This document shows positions 9,664 through 19,344 of a DNA stretch of 64,000 nucleotides, in pieces; the first letter of the stretch is position 1, and each line of letters starts with the position of its first letter. The DNA is from Trueperaceae bacterium. Its GTDB lineage: Bacteria > Deinococcota > Deinococci > Deinococcales > Trueperaceae. The position numbers and the translations under genes are program-made. The DNA is taken from assembly GCA_965214405.1 (NCBI GenBank), contig OZ243956.1, positions 3,296,001 through 3,360,000 of the forward strand, in the 5' to 3' direction. Below the pieces are notes generated by a model. It saw only the letters and a list, made by a program, of their open reading frames with translations, made no database searches and was not told the origin of the DNA.

Positions 9664-10337
9664 GATCGCCTCCTGTGAGGGTGTTTAGACGGGGGGTCCG
9701 ACAGAATTTGGTGCCAGATGAGGCCCCGCAAAACCGCCCGCTCATCGAGCGCCATGAGCGCATCCCGGCCTAGTGTAGCCGATTTTTTCCCCCGACGACG
9801 TTGCACACGTAGCGGTGCCGCCTCACCGCGGCGCGCGAGTTCGGCGGCGGTACTGGTGAGAGACGCGCCGCTCATAGGCGCGCTGTTTAGCGTGCTGCCC
9901 TCGAGCCCCTGCCCGCCCATCTCGAGCCCCTGCCCGCCCATCTCCAAGCCCCGCGACGCCCGCGCGTCTTGCGCGGTTTGCGGGCGAGGCGCGGTCGGAA
10001 AAAGGGTGGTCGCTTCTTCCCTGGTCGTATCTCTTTGGGGTGAGGTCTGCGCAGTGCGGCCCCCGCGGTTCCCGTCCATCGCCTCTTGCACCCGCCGACG
10101 AGCCTCCTCTAAACGCCTGTCAAAGCTCGAGTCGTTCTCATCCCTGGACTGAGTGCTAGGCGCTGAAGCGGGGCGCGTGGTGCTTGTGCGGGTCGTCGTC
10201 TGGGTTTTACCCTGCGGCGGTCGGCGCTGACCCTTCGTCCCGCCTTGCCCGCCGCTCCCCCGCCCTCGCTGCAAAAGGCCGTTGATGACGGGGACAATGA
10301 CGAACACGAGGAACAAGACGAGCGTGAGGATGTCCAC
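9648..10337 (-). CDS. Membrane-anchored protein, YqfB-like position
   Basis: N-terminal TM helix, low-complexity middle, C-terminal GLIWHQILSDPPS; directly follows floA. Confidence 0.7.
   Translation of the reverse strand: MDILTLVLFLVFVIVPVINGLLQRGRGSGGQGGTKGQRRPPQGKTQTTTRTSTTRPASAPSTQSRDENDSSFDRRLEEARRRVQEAMDGNRGGRTAQTSPQRDTTREEATTLFPTAPRPQTAQDARASRGLEMGGQGLEMGGQGLEGSTLNSAPMSGASLTSTAAELARRGEAAPLRVQRRRGKKSATLGRDALMALDERAVLRGLIWHQILSDPPSKHPHRRRSSQHR
9900..9941. repeat. 21-bp tandem repeat x2 plus a partial copy (GLEMGGQ)
   Basis: CTCGAGCCCCTGCCCGCCCAT repeated exactly. Confidence 0.9.
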
Positions 10338-10339
10338 GC

Positions 10340-11314
10340 CTACTCCTCGCCGGGCGTCTCGGTCGCCTGCGCGATGTTGCCGCGCATCCGCGTGTCGGAC
10401 TGGATATTTTGAAGGTTATAGTAGTCCATGATGCCCAGATTGCCCTCCCGAAACGCCTGCGAAATCGCGCGCGGCACCTCGGCCTCGGCCTCAACCACCT
10501 TGGCGCGCATCTCCTCAACTTGCGCGCGGAATTCCTGCTCGGCGGCCACCGCCATCGCGCGCCGCTCCTCGGCCTTGGCCTGCGCCACGCGCTTGTCGGC
10601 CTCCGCCTGGTCGGTCTGGAGAATCGCGCCGATGTTTTTGCCCACGTTGACGTCGGCAATGTCGATGGACAGAATCTCAAAGGCGGTGCCCGAGTCGAGC
10701 CCCTTGGCGAGCACCGTTTTGGAAATCGAGTCGGGATTTTCCAAGACCATTTTGTGCGAACCCGACGAACCGATGGACGACACGATGCCCTCGCCCACGC
10801 GCGCGATGATGGTCTCTTCGCCCGCGCCCCCGACGAGGCGCTCTAAGTTCGCCCGCACCGTCACCCGCGCCGTCGAGATGAGTTCGATGCCGTCCTTGGC
10901 GACCGCCGAAACATTGGGCGTCTGGATGACGCGCGGGTTGACCGAGACCTTGACGGCGTCCAGCACGTTACGCCCCGCCAAGTCGATGGCCGCCGCGCGG
11001 TCGAAGGGCAGCGCGATGCGCGCCTTGTCGGCGGCGATGAGCGCGTCCACCACCCGGTCGACGTTGCCGCCCGCCAGGTAGTGCGCCTCGAGCTGATTCT
11101 GATTCACCTCGATGCCCGCCTTGTCGGCCTTGATAAGCGGCAAGATGATTTTATTGGGCGGCACCCGCCGCAGCCGCATGGCGACCAGGCTGGGCAGGCT
11201 CACGTTGACCCCCGCCGCGACCGCCGAAATCCAGAGCCCGATGGGGATGACCGAGAAGAGGATGAGAAAGAAAACGAGCACAGCGCCAGCGATGATTAAA
11301 ATTCCTATGTCCAT
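10340..11314 (-). CDS. floA: Flotillin-like protein FloA/YqfA
   Basis: [55 protein letters not shown]. Confidence 0.95.
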   Translation of the reverse strand: MDIGILIIAGAVLVFFLILFSVIPIGLWISAVAAGVNVSLPSLVAMRLRRVPPNKIILPLIKADKAGIEVNQNQLEAHYLAGGNVDRVVDALIAADKARIALPFDRAAAIDLAGRNVLDAVKVSVNPRVIQTPNVSAVAKDGIELISTARVTVRANLERLVGGAGEETIIARVGEGIVSSIGSSGSHKMVLENPDSISKTVLAKGLDSGTAFEILSIDIADVNVGKNIGAILQTDQAEADKRVAQAKAEERRAMAVAAEQEFRAQVEEMRAKVVEAEAEVPRAISQAFREGNLGIMDYYNLQNIQSDTRMRGNIAQATETPGEE

Positions 11315-11608
11315 GTGTCTCCTTTTGTCAATGTCCTACAATTTGTAAATCCAGCCAAGCGTGACTTGGTTATTGAACGTTGCTGCGTGGGTCCTGTGGT
11401 TGGTGTGGTCGGTTCCGCGAGCGCCTTCATGGTCATGTTTGTTGACGTTCTTATCATACTGTATCGGCGGCGTCTTGGCGTGCAAACGTCCGCGCGTGAG
11501 GCGCGAGCACGCCTCATCATACGTTGTCCATGTTGTACGGAGAAATAGGTGCGGGAGGGCTCGAGGGTGAAATAAAAATTGAAGGAAGACTTGACCTCAA
11601 CAGGGGCG

Positions 11609-12964
11609 TCAAGCCTCGACCGCCCGCACCGTCACGCGGTTGCCTTCCACGCGGAGCACCCGGACGGGGGTGCCGGAGCCGATAAAGTCGCCCTCGGTCA
11701 CCACGTCCACGCGCGCCTCGCCAAAACGCGCGACCCCGGCGGGGCGCAAGTCGGAGGTGGCGACGCCCTCGTGGCCCACCAGGTCGTAGAGGCTCTCGGT
11801 GGCTTTCACGCCGCCTAAGTCTGTGTTGAGTTCGCTCGTAAGCCGCGTCGAAAGAGTGAGAAAGCCGCCGAAGCGCTTGTTGGGGAAGAGCCAAAAGGCG
11901 AGCCCGAGCAGCGCCGCCGCAAAGAGCGTGGTGTAGGAAAGCACCGAAACCGAACGCTCCTCGAAAATGCGAAAAATCGCAAAGATGATGGCGGCGAGCC
12001 CCAAAACACCCGCCACGCCAAAGCCCGGAATCACCAGCACCTCGGCGGCCAAGAGCAGCACCCCCGCGAGCAGCAAGACCAAATCAAAGGGTCCCGCGGG
12101 CGTGGCGATAAACGCGCCGCCGAAAAAGAGCGCCAGCGCGAGCGCCCCGATGCCGCCCGGCAGGCCGAAGCCGGGGGTAAAAACCTCGATGAGAATCCCG
12201 CCGAGACCCACCGCCAAGAGCAGCGCGGCGACGAGCGGACTTGTTAAGCCCCCCGCGACGCGTTCGGAGAGGGTGGGCTCGAGCCGCTGAATCGTCGCGC
12301 CGCCGTAGCCAAACCCTTCCAATGCGTCACCCAAACTTCTCGCCTCGATGTTCGCAATGTTGTATTCCACCGCCTGCGCGGCGCTTAGCGTCACGAGTTC
12401 CTCATTGGTCGACAAGCCCGGAATCTCGACGCGCGTGTCGACCATGCCCTCGGCCACCTCGGCGTTGCGCCCGCGCGCCTCGGCGGTCGCGCGAAAAATC
12501 CCGCGCCAGGCCGAGTTGACTTTCTCGCTCGCCTGCTGCCCCGTAAGGCCGTTGATGACCGTGGCCGCGCCTATCTCGGAGCCCGGCAGCATCGCAACTT
12601 GTTCGGTACTCATCGCAATCAAGGCCCCCGCGCTGAGCGCGCTCTCGACCACGGCAAAAGTCGGCACGCTCGAGCGCTGCAAAATGGCGTCGCTGATGCG
12701 CTGCGCCGCGTCGATGCGACCGCCCGGCGTGTTGATGAGAAACACCAGCGCCAGAGGCTGCGCCTCGTTGGCCTCCTCGATGCGCCTTTCTACAAACTGC
12801 GCGGTGGCGGGGGTAATCTCCGAGTCAATCGGCACGACCCAGACGGATGACCCGACCGGAGCCGACTGCGCGGTGGTGACGGAAACTGAGTGAATCAAAC
12901 TTAAGAAGAGCAAGCCCAAAAACCACACTACCCGCGTAGGGCGCACCCTCAACATCTTTGTCAT
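11609..12964 (-). CDS. nfeD: NfeD-family membrane protein (YqeZ-like)
   Basis: INTPGG, SAGALIA, EIGAA, TPGFG/IPGFG, C-terminal LRPAG OB-fold; TATCAT 6 nt before ATG. Confidence 0.92.
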   Translation of the reverse strand: MTKMLRVRPTRVVWFLGLLFLSLIHSVSVTTAQSAPVGSSVWVVPIDSEITPATAQFVERRIEEANEAQPLALVFLINTPGGRIDAAQRISDAILQRSSVPTFAVVESALSAGALIAMSTEQVAMLPGSEIGAATVINGLTGQQASEKVNSAWRGIFRATAEARGRNAEVAEGMVDTRVEIPGLSTNEELVTLSAAQAVEYNIANIEARSLGDALEGFGYGGATIQRLEPTLSERVAGGLTSPLVAALLLAVGLGGILIEVFTPGFGLPGGIGALALALFFGGAFIATPAGPFDLVLLLAGVLLLAAEVLVIPGFGVAGVLGLAAIIFAIFRIFEERSVSVLSYTTLFAAALLGLAFWLFPNKRFGGFLTLSTRLTSELNTDLGGVKATESLYDLVGHEGVATSDLRPAGVARFGEARVDVVTEGDFIGSGTPVRVLRVEGNRVTVRAVEA

Positions 12965-13366
12965 GAAGCGATGATATCACGTTCCAAGACGCTTCAGAAG
13001 CGTGCGGAACACGCCTCTTGAATGCGAAAATCGAGGATGGACGATGGTGCGCGAGCCCTTCTACACGCCGTACCAAGGCGTGTTGGCAAACCCCTTAAGG
13101 CTGATTCACGCGCTGCCGGGAAAGCCGACCCGCCCGCGGTGGTATCTTTGGCGGTGTTTTAGGGATGGTATTTTCGTCTGAGGGGTAGGAGCTGTGATGG
13201 TTGTGACGATAAGGCGCGCTGTTCGGAATCAAGATGCACACCAAGGACACATACTAAAATGCGGGTACTAAACATCTGAGACACAGCGTGTTATCAAAGT
13301 TGAAGTTGTTCAAGTTCGTTAAAGTCACGTAGAACCTACACAACATCATCCATAACGGAGGCGTTT

Positions 13367-13666
13367 ATGCAACGGACCAAAGCGGAACTCGAGGCGATGA
13401 GCCACCCCGACCTAGTCGCGCGGGTGCTCGAGCTCCAGGACATCGTGCGCGAGGGGCTGGTGGTGCGCGAGGCGCTGCACGCGGTTTTGAACGACCTCTT
13501 AAACGCCAAGGCGGACGAGGTGGAACACTACGCGGACGTGCGCGGCTCGCTCAGCCCCGAAGAGGAACTCCTCAAACACGCCTGGGCCAACGCCCGCCAC
13601 GCGCTCTCGAACCCCCTGGGCGCGGCGCGGCTCCGGCAGGGCTACCGGGTGCAAAGTGGGGCGTAA
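13367..13666 (+). CDS. Hypothetical helical protein (99 aa)
   Basis: GGAGG RBS, host-like codon usage. Confidence 0.75.
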   Translation: MQRTKAELEAMSHPDLVARVLELQDIVREGLVVREALHAVLNDLLNAKADEVEHYADVRGSLSPEEELLKHAWANARHALSNPLGAARLRQGYRVQSGA

Positions 13667-13792
13667 CGTCTCGAGGATGGCCATGCCAGACTTGAATCGA
13701 CCAGACCGGGCGGCTTAAAATGTGCGCCGCACCCAGACCTGCGCCGAGCAACAGACATACGATTGAACAAATTCAGGACCAGGGGGTTTGTG

Positions 13793-13984
13793 ATGGCAGC
13801 CAATCCAATCGAGATACAAAAGCACCTCAGCGGGGTAGAGTATCCGGCCAGCAAAGAAGACTTGGTCAGCCACGCCCGCGAGGAAAGCGCGCCCGACGAG
13901 GTGTTGGACACCTTGCAGCGCCTGCCCGAACGAGACTACGACGGCCCTACCGCGGTAGCGGAGGCGGTGGGAGGGCTCGAGTAA
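13793..13984 (+). CDS. DUF2795-family small protein
   Basis: NPIEIQKHLSGVEYPASKEDL...LPERDYDGP. Confidence 0.85.
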   Translation: MAANPIEIQKHLSGVEYPASKEDLVSHAREESAPDEVLDTLQRLPERDYDGPTAVAEAVGGLE

Positions 13985-14034
13985 AGCCTTCTGAATCAGC
14001 GTGAGAGTCGCATCACTCGGGGGAGGGAGGCGCT

Positions 14035-14388
14035 ATGCCCAAAGGCGTCAGCAAGAAGCGCGAACGCGAGTATGAGGAGCTAAAAAACGAATTCAAGGAT
14101 GAGGGCCGCTACAAGGGCCGCGAGGAGGAAGTCGCCGCGCGCATCGTCAACAAACAGCGCGCCGAGTACGGCGAGACGAAAGAGGCGCGGGAGAAGGACA
14201 AACGGGGCGAATCGCCCGACCGCGACCTCCCCATCAGTGATTACCAGCATCTGACGGTCGACGAAGTGACGGGGAAATTGGACGGCCTCGGCGAGGACAA
14301 CCTAAAGGACATCAAGGCGTACGAAGAAGAGCACAAAAACCGTAAAACGTTGCTCGAGGCACTGGATAGAAGGCTCGAGGACGCATGA
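14035..14388 (+). CDS. Small charged hypothetical protein, general-stress type
   Basis: SKKREREYE...AARIVNKQR N-domain plus LPI.DY..LTV...YEEEHKNRKT C-domain; GGAGG RBS. Confidence 0.8.
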   Translation: MPKGVSKKREREYEELKNEFKDEGRYKGREEEVAARIVNKQRAEYGETKEAREKDKRGESPDRDLPISDYQHLTVDEVTGKLDGLGEDNLKDIKAYEEEHKNRKTLLEALDRRLEDA

Positions 14389-15392
14389 ACGCACGCCAGA
14401 AGGTGATAGCGCCCGCCACGCTGCGGGACAAACTCGGCATCTGTCAGTGGTTTCACTTTGAAGCTTATGATGACGTCACGCGCTCGGTCGAACTCCTGCA
14501 AGACCTCGGCGTGAAACACTTACGCACCGGCGTTTCCTGGGCCGACTATCACCGACCCGGCGGGCGGCGCTGGTACGACTGGCAGATGAGGACACTCTCT
14601 GAGGCGGGGTTAGACCTCCTCTTGTCGGTGTGGCACACGCCGCCCTCGCTGGCCGAGGGCGAAAGCTGCGCGGGGCCGCCCCGGAACCTCAAGGACTACG
14701 CAGACTTTATCGACACGCTTATCAAACGTTACGGTGATTTTTTTGGAACGCTCGAGCTTTGGAACGAACCCAATAACCGCCTCAAGTGGGACTTTATTCA
14801 CCACGACCCGCGGTGGGAAAAGTTCGGGCGAATGGTCGGGATGGCCGCCAATTGGGCGCGTCAGTGCGGCAAAAAAACCGTCTTGGGCGGGATGATTCCG
14901 GTGGACCCGCACTGGTTGGGGTTAATGCAGGGATACGGGGCGCTCGAGCACGTCGACGTGGTCGCCATCCACGGTTTTCCAGAAATGTGGTGGTCGGACG
15001 CGCCCAATTGGGACTGGCACAGCCACTGGCAGGGCTGGGCGCACAAGCTTGGCGTTGTTGCCGACGTGGCTAAAGAGCGGCCCATCTGGGTTACAGAAAC
15101 AGGACTTGCGACTTGGGACTTGGCAAGCGAGAAACCCGCCAAACACAAGTTACAGGTGAGGATGCTCGAGGACGCCGCGAGCGCACCGACCGAGCGCGTG
15201 TACTGGTACTGCCTGCTCGACCTGCACCCGGAGCGCGCCGCCATCGAAGGGTTCCATGTGGACGAGAACGAATATCATCTGGGCCTAGTTACGCACGAGG
15301 GCACGCTCAAACCCGCGTACGACCGTTTCAAGGCGCTTCTTGGCGGAGAGCCCGTTCGTCAGCGCGCGGAGGATGAGCCCAGCGCCCGGTGA
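14385..15392 (+). CDS. Clan GH-A glycoside hydrolase (beta-xylosidase-like)
   Basis: ELWNEPNN (acid/base), AIHGFP, IWVTETG (nucleophile); ATGA coupling to upstream gene. Confidence 0.8.
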   Translation: MNARQKVIAPATLRDKLGICQWFHFEAYDDVTRSVELLQDLGVKHLRTGVSWADYHRPGGRRWYDWQMRTLSEAGLDLLLSVWHTPPSLAEGESCAGPPRNLKDYADFIDTLIKRYGDFFGTLELWNEPNNRLKWDFIHHDPRWEKFGRMVGMAANWARQCGKKTVLGGMIPVDPHWLGLMQGYGALEHVDVVAIHGFPEMWWSDAPNWDWHSHWQGWAHKLGVVADVAKERPIWVTETGLATWDLASEKPAKHKLQVRMLEDAASAPTERVYWYCLLDLHPERAAIEGFHVDENEYHLGLVTHEGTLKPAYDRFKALLGGEPVRQRAEDEPSAR

Positions 15393-15416
15393 GCGCTCTT
15401 ATTTCTCGGTGAATCC

Positions 15417-16586
15417 TCAAACACCCAAAAAGCCAAGGTACAAGTTCAGCAGCGTCTGTCCGTAAAGCAGCGCCACCACGCCGCCCAACGCCAAGTAGGG
15501 TCCGAACGGCACCTGCCGATTGCCGCTTATAGCCTTGAGTAGGAGACCCCCCACCGCGCCCAGCACGAACGCGAGAAACAGCGCGATAAAAAGGTCCTGC
15601 GGACCCAAAAGCACGCCTAGCACGGCGGCCAATTTCACGTCACCAAAGCCCATTGCGATGGGTTCATCTTCCGCTTCATTTAGGGGCGCGTCCGCTTGGC
15701 TGGACATGTCTGGGCGCTCAGCCTCAGCCTTCCCAAAGTCGCGCAGCCACCAGAACGCCGCGCCCAAAACGGCCACGCCGCCCGCCGCGGCAAAAGAGCC
15801 GCGCAGGGCGGTGAGAGGGTCTATCCACAGATTCAAACTCGCCAACAGGAGCGCCGCAATCCAGAGAGCGTAGACCAGAGGCTCAGGAAGACGCAGGGTG
15901 CGTTTGGTCGTCAGGTTGAGCAGAAAAGACAGCGCCGCCGCCGCGAGCCCCCAGCCCCAGCCGCCGAGCGCGCCAAAGAGCGCGGCCACGTTGACCGCGT
16001 CCATCCCAACCGGCCAAAGCCGCTCCTTAGTGTCGGCGAAGCGCCGCAGCACGAGGCCGCCCAAGCGGTTGATGACGACAATCACGCCCGCGCCGAGCGC
16101 GCCGCCCAGCAGTGCCTCGCTAAGCGTCGGTAAACCGCTCGAGGGAGCGTACAAAAACGTTCCAACGAGACCCAGGACGACGGCGGGCAGCGTAAGTGCG
16201 TCGGGCAGGATGTAGTGGTCGATGTCGATAAGCGACGCGATGACCAGGACCGCGTAAACCGCTAGCAGCGGGAGCACGCTCACCCCGTAGATATCGAGCG
16301 GCCAGCGCAACGCCAGCCCCACAAAACCCGCCGCCATGAGCAGTTCAATCACCGGGTAGCGCGCCGAGATGGGCGCGCGGCAGCCCCGGCAGCGCCCGCG
16401 CAAGCCCAGCCACGAGAGGACGGGCACAAGCTCGAGCGCCCCTAAGTTATGCCCGCAGTTCGGGCAGTGCGAGCCGGGAAACACGACCGACTCACCCCGC
16501 GGCAGGCGGTAGATGACCACGTTGGCGAAAGAGCCGATAAGCGCGCCCAACACGCCCACGAGCGCCACAAAGGAGAACGTCAACAC
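15417..16586 (-). CDS. pilD: Prepilin peptidase
   Basis: GSFANVVIYRLP, SHCPNC/GRCRGC, IDIDHYILPD, MGFGDVKL, PFGPYL. Confidence 0.93.
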   Translation of the reverse strand: MLTFSFVALVGVLGALIGSFANVVIYRLPRGESVVFPGSHCPNCGHNLGALELVPVLSWLGLRGRCRGCRAPISARYPVIELLMAAGFVGLALRWPLDIYGVSVLPLLAVYAVLVIASLIDIDHYILPDALTLPAVVLGLVGTFLYAPSSGLPTLSEALLGGALGAGVIVVINRLGGLVLRRFADTKERLWPVGMDAVNVAALFGALGGWGWGLAAAALSFLLNLTTKRTLRLPEPLVYALWIAALLLASLNLWIDPLTALRGSFAAAGGVAVLGAAFWWLRDFGKAEAERPDMSSQADAPLNEAEDEPIAMGFGDVKLAAVLGVLLGPQDLFIALFLAFVLGAVGGLLLKAISGNRQVPFGPYLALGGVVALLYGQTLLNLYLGFLGV

Positions 16587-16762
16587 GGCTGCATCATAGG
16601 CGCTCGGCAGGGGCTGTGCCTATGAGGTTTCGGGCATTTGCTTGTGAGGTAGGGGGTAGGGCGTGGAGAGATAGGAGGTAAAAGCTTCTAACTCCTCATC
16701 ACCCCACCTCCCGCGTTCCCCATCTCAACTCCTACACAACGTAAAGTCTTAAACTTCCGGTC

Positions 16763-17860
16763 TCAGGCTCGAGCAGGCGTCGGCAATCCCCCAACAACCG
16801 CTTCTGTAAAGGCCGCGGTTCCCCTCGAGCCGCCCAAATCTTTTGTCGGGTCTTCAGACAGCGCGCGCTGCACCGCCTTTTCGACCGCGTCCGCCGCGTC
16901 CGCCTCGCCTAAACCGTGACGGAGCATCATCGCCGCCGAGAGCATCGTGCCGACGGGGTTGGCAATACCCTGCCCCGCGATGTCGGGGGCGCTGCCGTGG
17001 ACGGGCTCGAACAAGCCCACCGCGCCGCCCAGGCTGGCCGACGGGAGCACGCCCAGCGAACCCGGAATGACCGCGGCCAGGTCGGACAGAATGTCCCCGA
17101 AGAGGTTGCCCGTCACAAGGGTGTCAAAGCCTGTGGGGTCGCGGACGATTTGCATGGCGGCGTTGTCGACGTAGAGGTGCTCGAGCGTCACATCGCCAAA
17201 CTCGGCGTCGCGCACGCCTACCACCACGTCGCGCCAAAACTGCGACACGTCGAGCACGTTGGCCTTATCCACGTTGGTCAGCACGCCACCTCGCCCCCGC
17301 GCCGCTAAGAGCGCAGCGCGGGCGATGCGCTCGACCTCGAAACGTTCATAGACCATCGTGGAGAGTCCTTTATTGGCCTCCACAAATGACGGTTTGCCGA
17401 AGTAGACGCCGCCGGTGAGTTCGCGGATAATCAGCATGTCGGTGCCCTTGGCGACCTCTGTTTTGAGGGGGGAGAGCCCCTCGAGCCCCTCGAACACCCG
17501 CACCGGGCGCAGGTTGGCGAATAAACCCAGGTGCTTGCGAATCCCCAAAATACCCGACTCGACGCGCTTTTCTCTCGAGACCCGGTTCCAGGGATGGTCG
17601 CCCACGGGGCCACCCGCCGCGCCCATCAGCACGGCGTCTGCGGCGGCGCAGGCGGCTTTGGTCTCGTCGGGAAGCGGCGTGCCGTGCGTTTCCAACGCGT
17701 TGCCGCCAAAGGGGAGGCGGGTGTAGTCGAAGCTCAAACTGTAAGCGTCGGCGACGGCGTTTAGAACCTCTAAAGTCGCGTCAACAACTTCGGGGCCGAT
17801 AAAGTCGCCCGGTAAAACGGCGATGGTGTAAGCGTTCGTCTGAAATGACTGTGATGGCAT
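16763..17860 (-). CDS. leuB: 3-isopropylmalate dehydrogenase
   Basis: LPGDFIGPEV, NLRPV, RELTGGVYFG, VDKANVL, NLFGDILSD, EPVHGSAPDIAG. Confidence 0.96.
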   Translation of the reverse strand: MPSQSFQTNAYTIAVLPGDFIGPEVVDATLEVLNAVADAYSLSFDYTRLPFGGNALETHGTPLPDETKAACAAADAVLMGAAGGPVGDHPWNRVSREKRVESGILGIRKHLGLFANLRPVRVFEGLEGLSPLKTEVAKGTDMLIIRELTGGVYFGKPSFVEANKGLSTMVYERFEVERIARAALLAARGRGGVLTNVDKANVLDVSQFWRDVVVGVRDAEFGDVTLEHLYVDNAAMQIVRDPTGFDTLVTGNLFGDILSDLAAVIPGSLGVLPSASLGGAVGLFEPVHGSAPDIAGQGIANPVGTMLSAAMMLRHGLGEADAADAVEKAVQRALSEDPTKDLGGSRGTAAFTEAVVGGLPTPARA

Positions 17861-18177
17861 GGCGTGCTCCTTTTTGAGAGGGCTGTTTTCTAAAGAAGTT
17901 GCGGATGTTGGGTGGGCCTCGAGCTTTCAAAATACTAACAGGTCGGGCAGTTTGACGACCGTCTACAGATGATTTTTGGTGCATAAAGTCCTGTCATATG
18001 GTGATGAAACCGCCACGGCGGCGTCTCTCACAAGGTTTGTGTGAAGCGTCCGTGAATAAAAACCCGCGCCGGACTTTACAAACCAATTGTGAAAAAGGTA
18101 GCATATGAGCGGGCACAAAAAAGACATAGGGTAGAAGACCTAAAGTAATAGAGTCACAAAACCAAAGGAGAGTGTAT

Positions 18178-19194
18178 ATGCGTAAGCTTTTTTTCATCGC
18201 GCTGGCAGGCTTTGTCTTATCGGGCTTCGTTCTGGCGCAAGACAGCCTGTTGAACACAGTTCAGGACCGCGGGACGCTTATTTGCGGCGTCAATAACCAG
18301 GTGCCAGGTTTTGGCAACGTGGACGCGCAGGGCGAGTACAGCGGCTTTGACGTCGACACCTGCCGCGCCATCGCCGCCGCCGTTTTAGGCGACGCGAACG
18401 CGGTGGATTTTCGCCCCTTGAGCGCACAAGAGCGCTTTACCGCCGTGCAAACGGGCGAGGTGGACGTGCTCGCGCGTAACACCACCTGGACGAGCACTCG
18501 AGACTCTTCGGTCGGCCTCGACTTCGCGCCCACGACCTTTTACGACGGTCAGGGCTTTATGGTGCGCAGCGACGCGGGCATCTCCGAACTCACCGATTTA
18601 GAAGGCCGCAGCATCTGCGTTCAGTCGGGCACGACCACCGAACTTAACTTGGCCGACGTGATGCAGGCCTTGGACGTTCAGTACAACCCCGTGATTTTTG
18701 AAACCGCGGACCAGGCCGTCGCCGCCTATGACGAGGGTGTTTGCGACGCCTACACCACCGACGTGTCGGGCTTGGTGAGCCGCCGCACCACGCTGCGCGA
18801 ACCCGACGCGAGCGTGATTTTGGACCGGACCATCTCCAAAGAGCCCTTGGCCCCCGCCGTTCTCCAGGGTGACACCGCCTGGCGCGACGCGGTGGAGTGG
18901 GTGATTTTTGGTTTGTTTAACGCCGAGGAGTACGGCGTCACGTCTGAGAACGCGCAGCAGATGGCCGATGAGTCGCAAGACCCCAACGTGCGCCGCTTGC
19001 TGGGCGTCGAGGGTGACGCGGTTTCGGCCTTGGGTCTCCCCGCCGACGCGATCTTGCAGGCGGTCAGCCAGGTCGGCAACTACGGCGAAATCTACAACCG
19101 CAACTTGGGTCCCGATACGCCCTTCAATATCGAGCGCGGCCTTAACGAGCAGTATTATAACGGCGGCCTCATCTACGGCGTGCCTTTCCGCTAA
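18178..19194 (+). CDS. aapJ: General L-amino acid ABC transporter substrate-binding protein
   Basis: Signal peptide, LICGVN, GFDVD.CRAIAAA, RNTTWT..RD, ISKEPL, VGNYGEIY. Confidence 0.93.
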   Translation: MRKLFFIALAGFVLSGFVLAQDSLLNTVQDRGTLICGVNNQVPGFGNVDAQGEYSGFDVDTCRAIAAAVLGDANAVDFRPLSAQERFTAVQTGEVDVLARNTTWTSTRDSSVGLDFAPTTFYDGQGFMVRSDAGISELTDLEGRSICVQSGTTTELNLADVMQALDVQYNPVIFETADQAVAAYDEGVCDAYTTDVSGLVSRRTTLREPDASVILDRTISKEPLAPAVLQGDTAWRDAVEWVIFGLFNAEEYGVTSENAQQMADESQDPNVRRLLGVEGDAVSALGLPADAILQAVSQVGNYGEIYNRNLGPDTPFNIERGLNEQYYNGGLIYGVPFR

Positions 19195-19212
19195 ACTTTG
19201 ACAGCAGCAAGC

Positions 19213-19237
19213 GGGGTGGCCCTGGGGCCACCCCTTT
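19213..19237 (+). terminator. Stem-loop after aapJ (terminator or mRNA-stabilising)
   Basis: GGGGTGGCCC/GGGCCACCCC followed by TTT. Confidence 0.6.
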
Positions 19238-19344
19238 CTATTTTCTCCCTTTTGACCTAAAATATTTATATTCTTTTTCTGTGATTCTTCTCTTCCATGT
19301 GAGGTCAATGTGACGTCCAACTTCCCCCACACCCGGAGACCCTG

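Noticed and set aside
11305..11570. Small ORFs between nfeD and floA
   Set aside because: No RBS or motif support; more likely promoter or UTR sequence
17861..18000. Leucine attenuator or T-box upstream of leuB
   Set aside because: No Leu-rich leader ORF, T-box motif or terminator found
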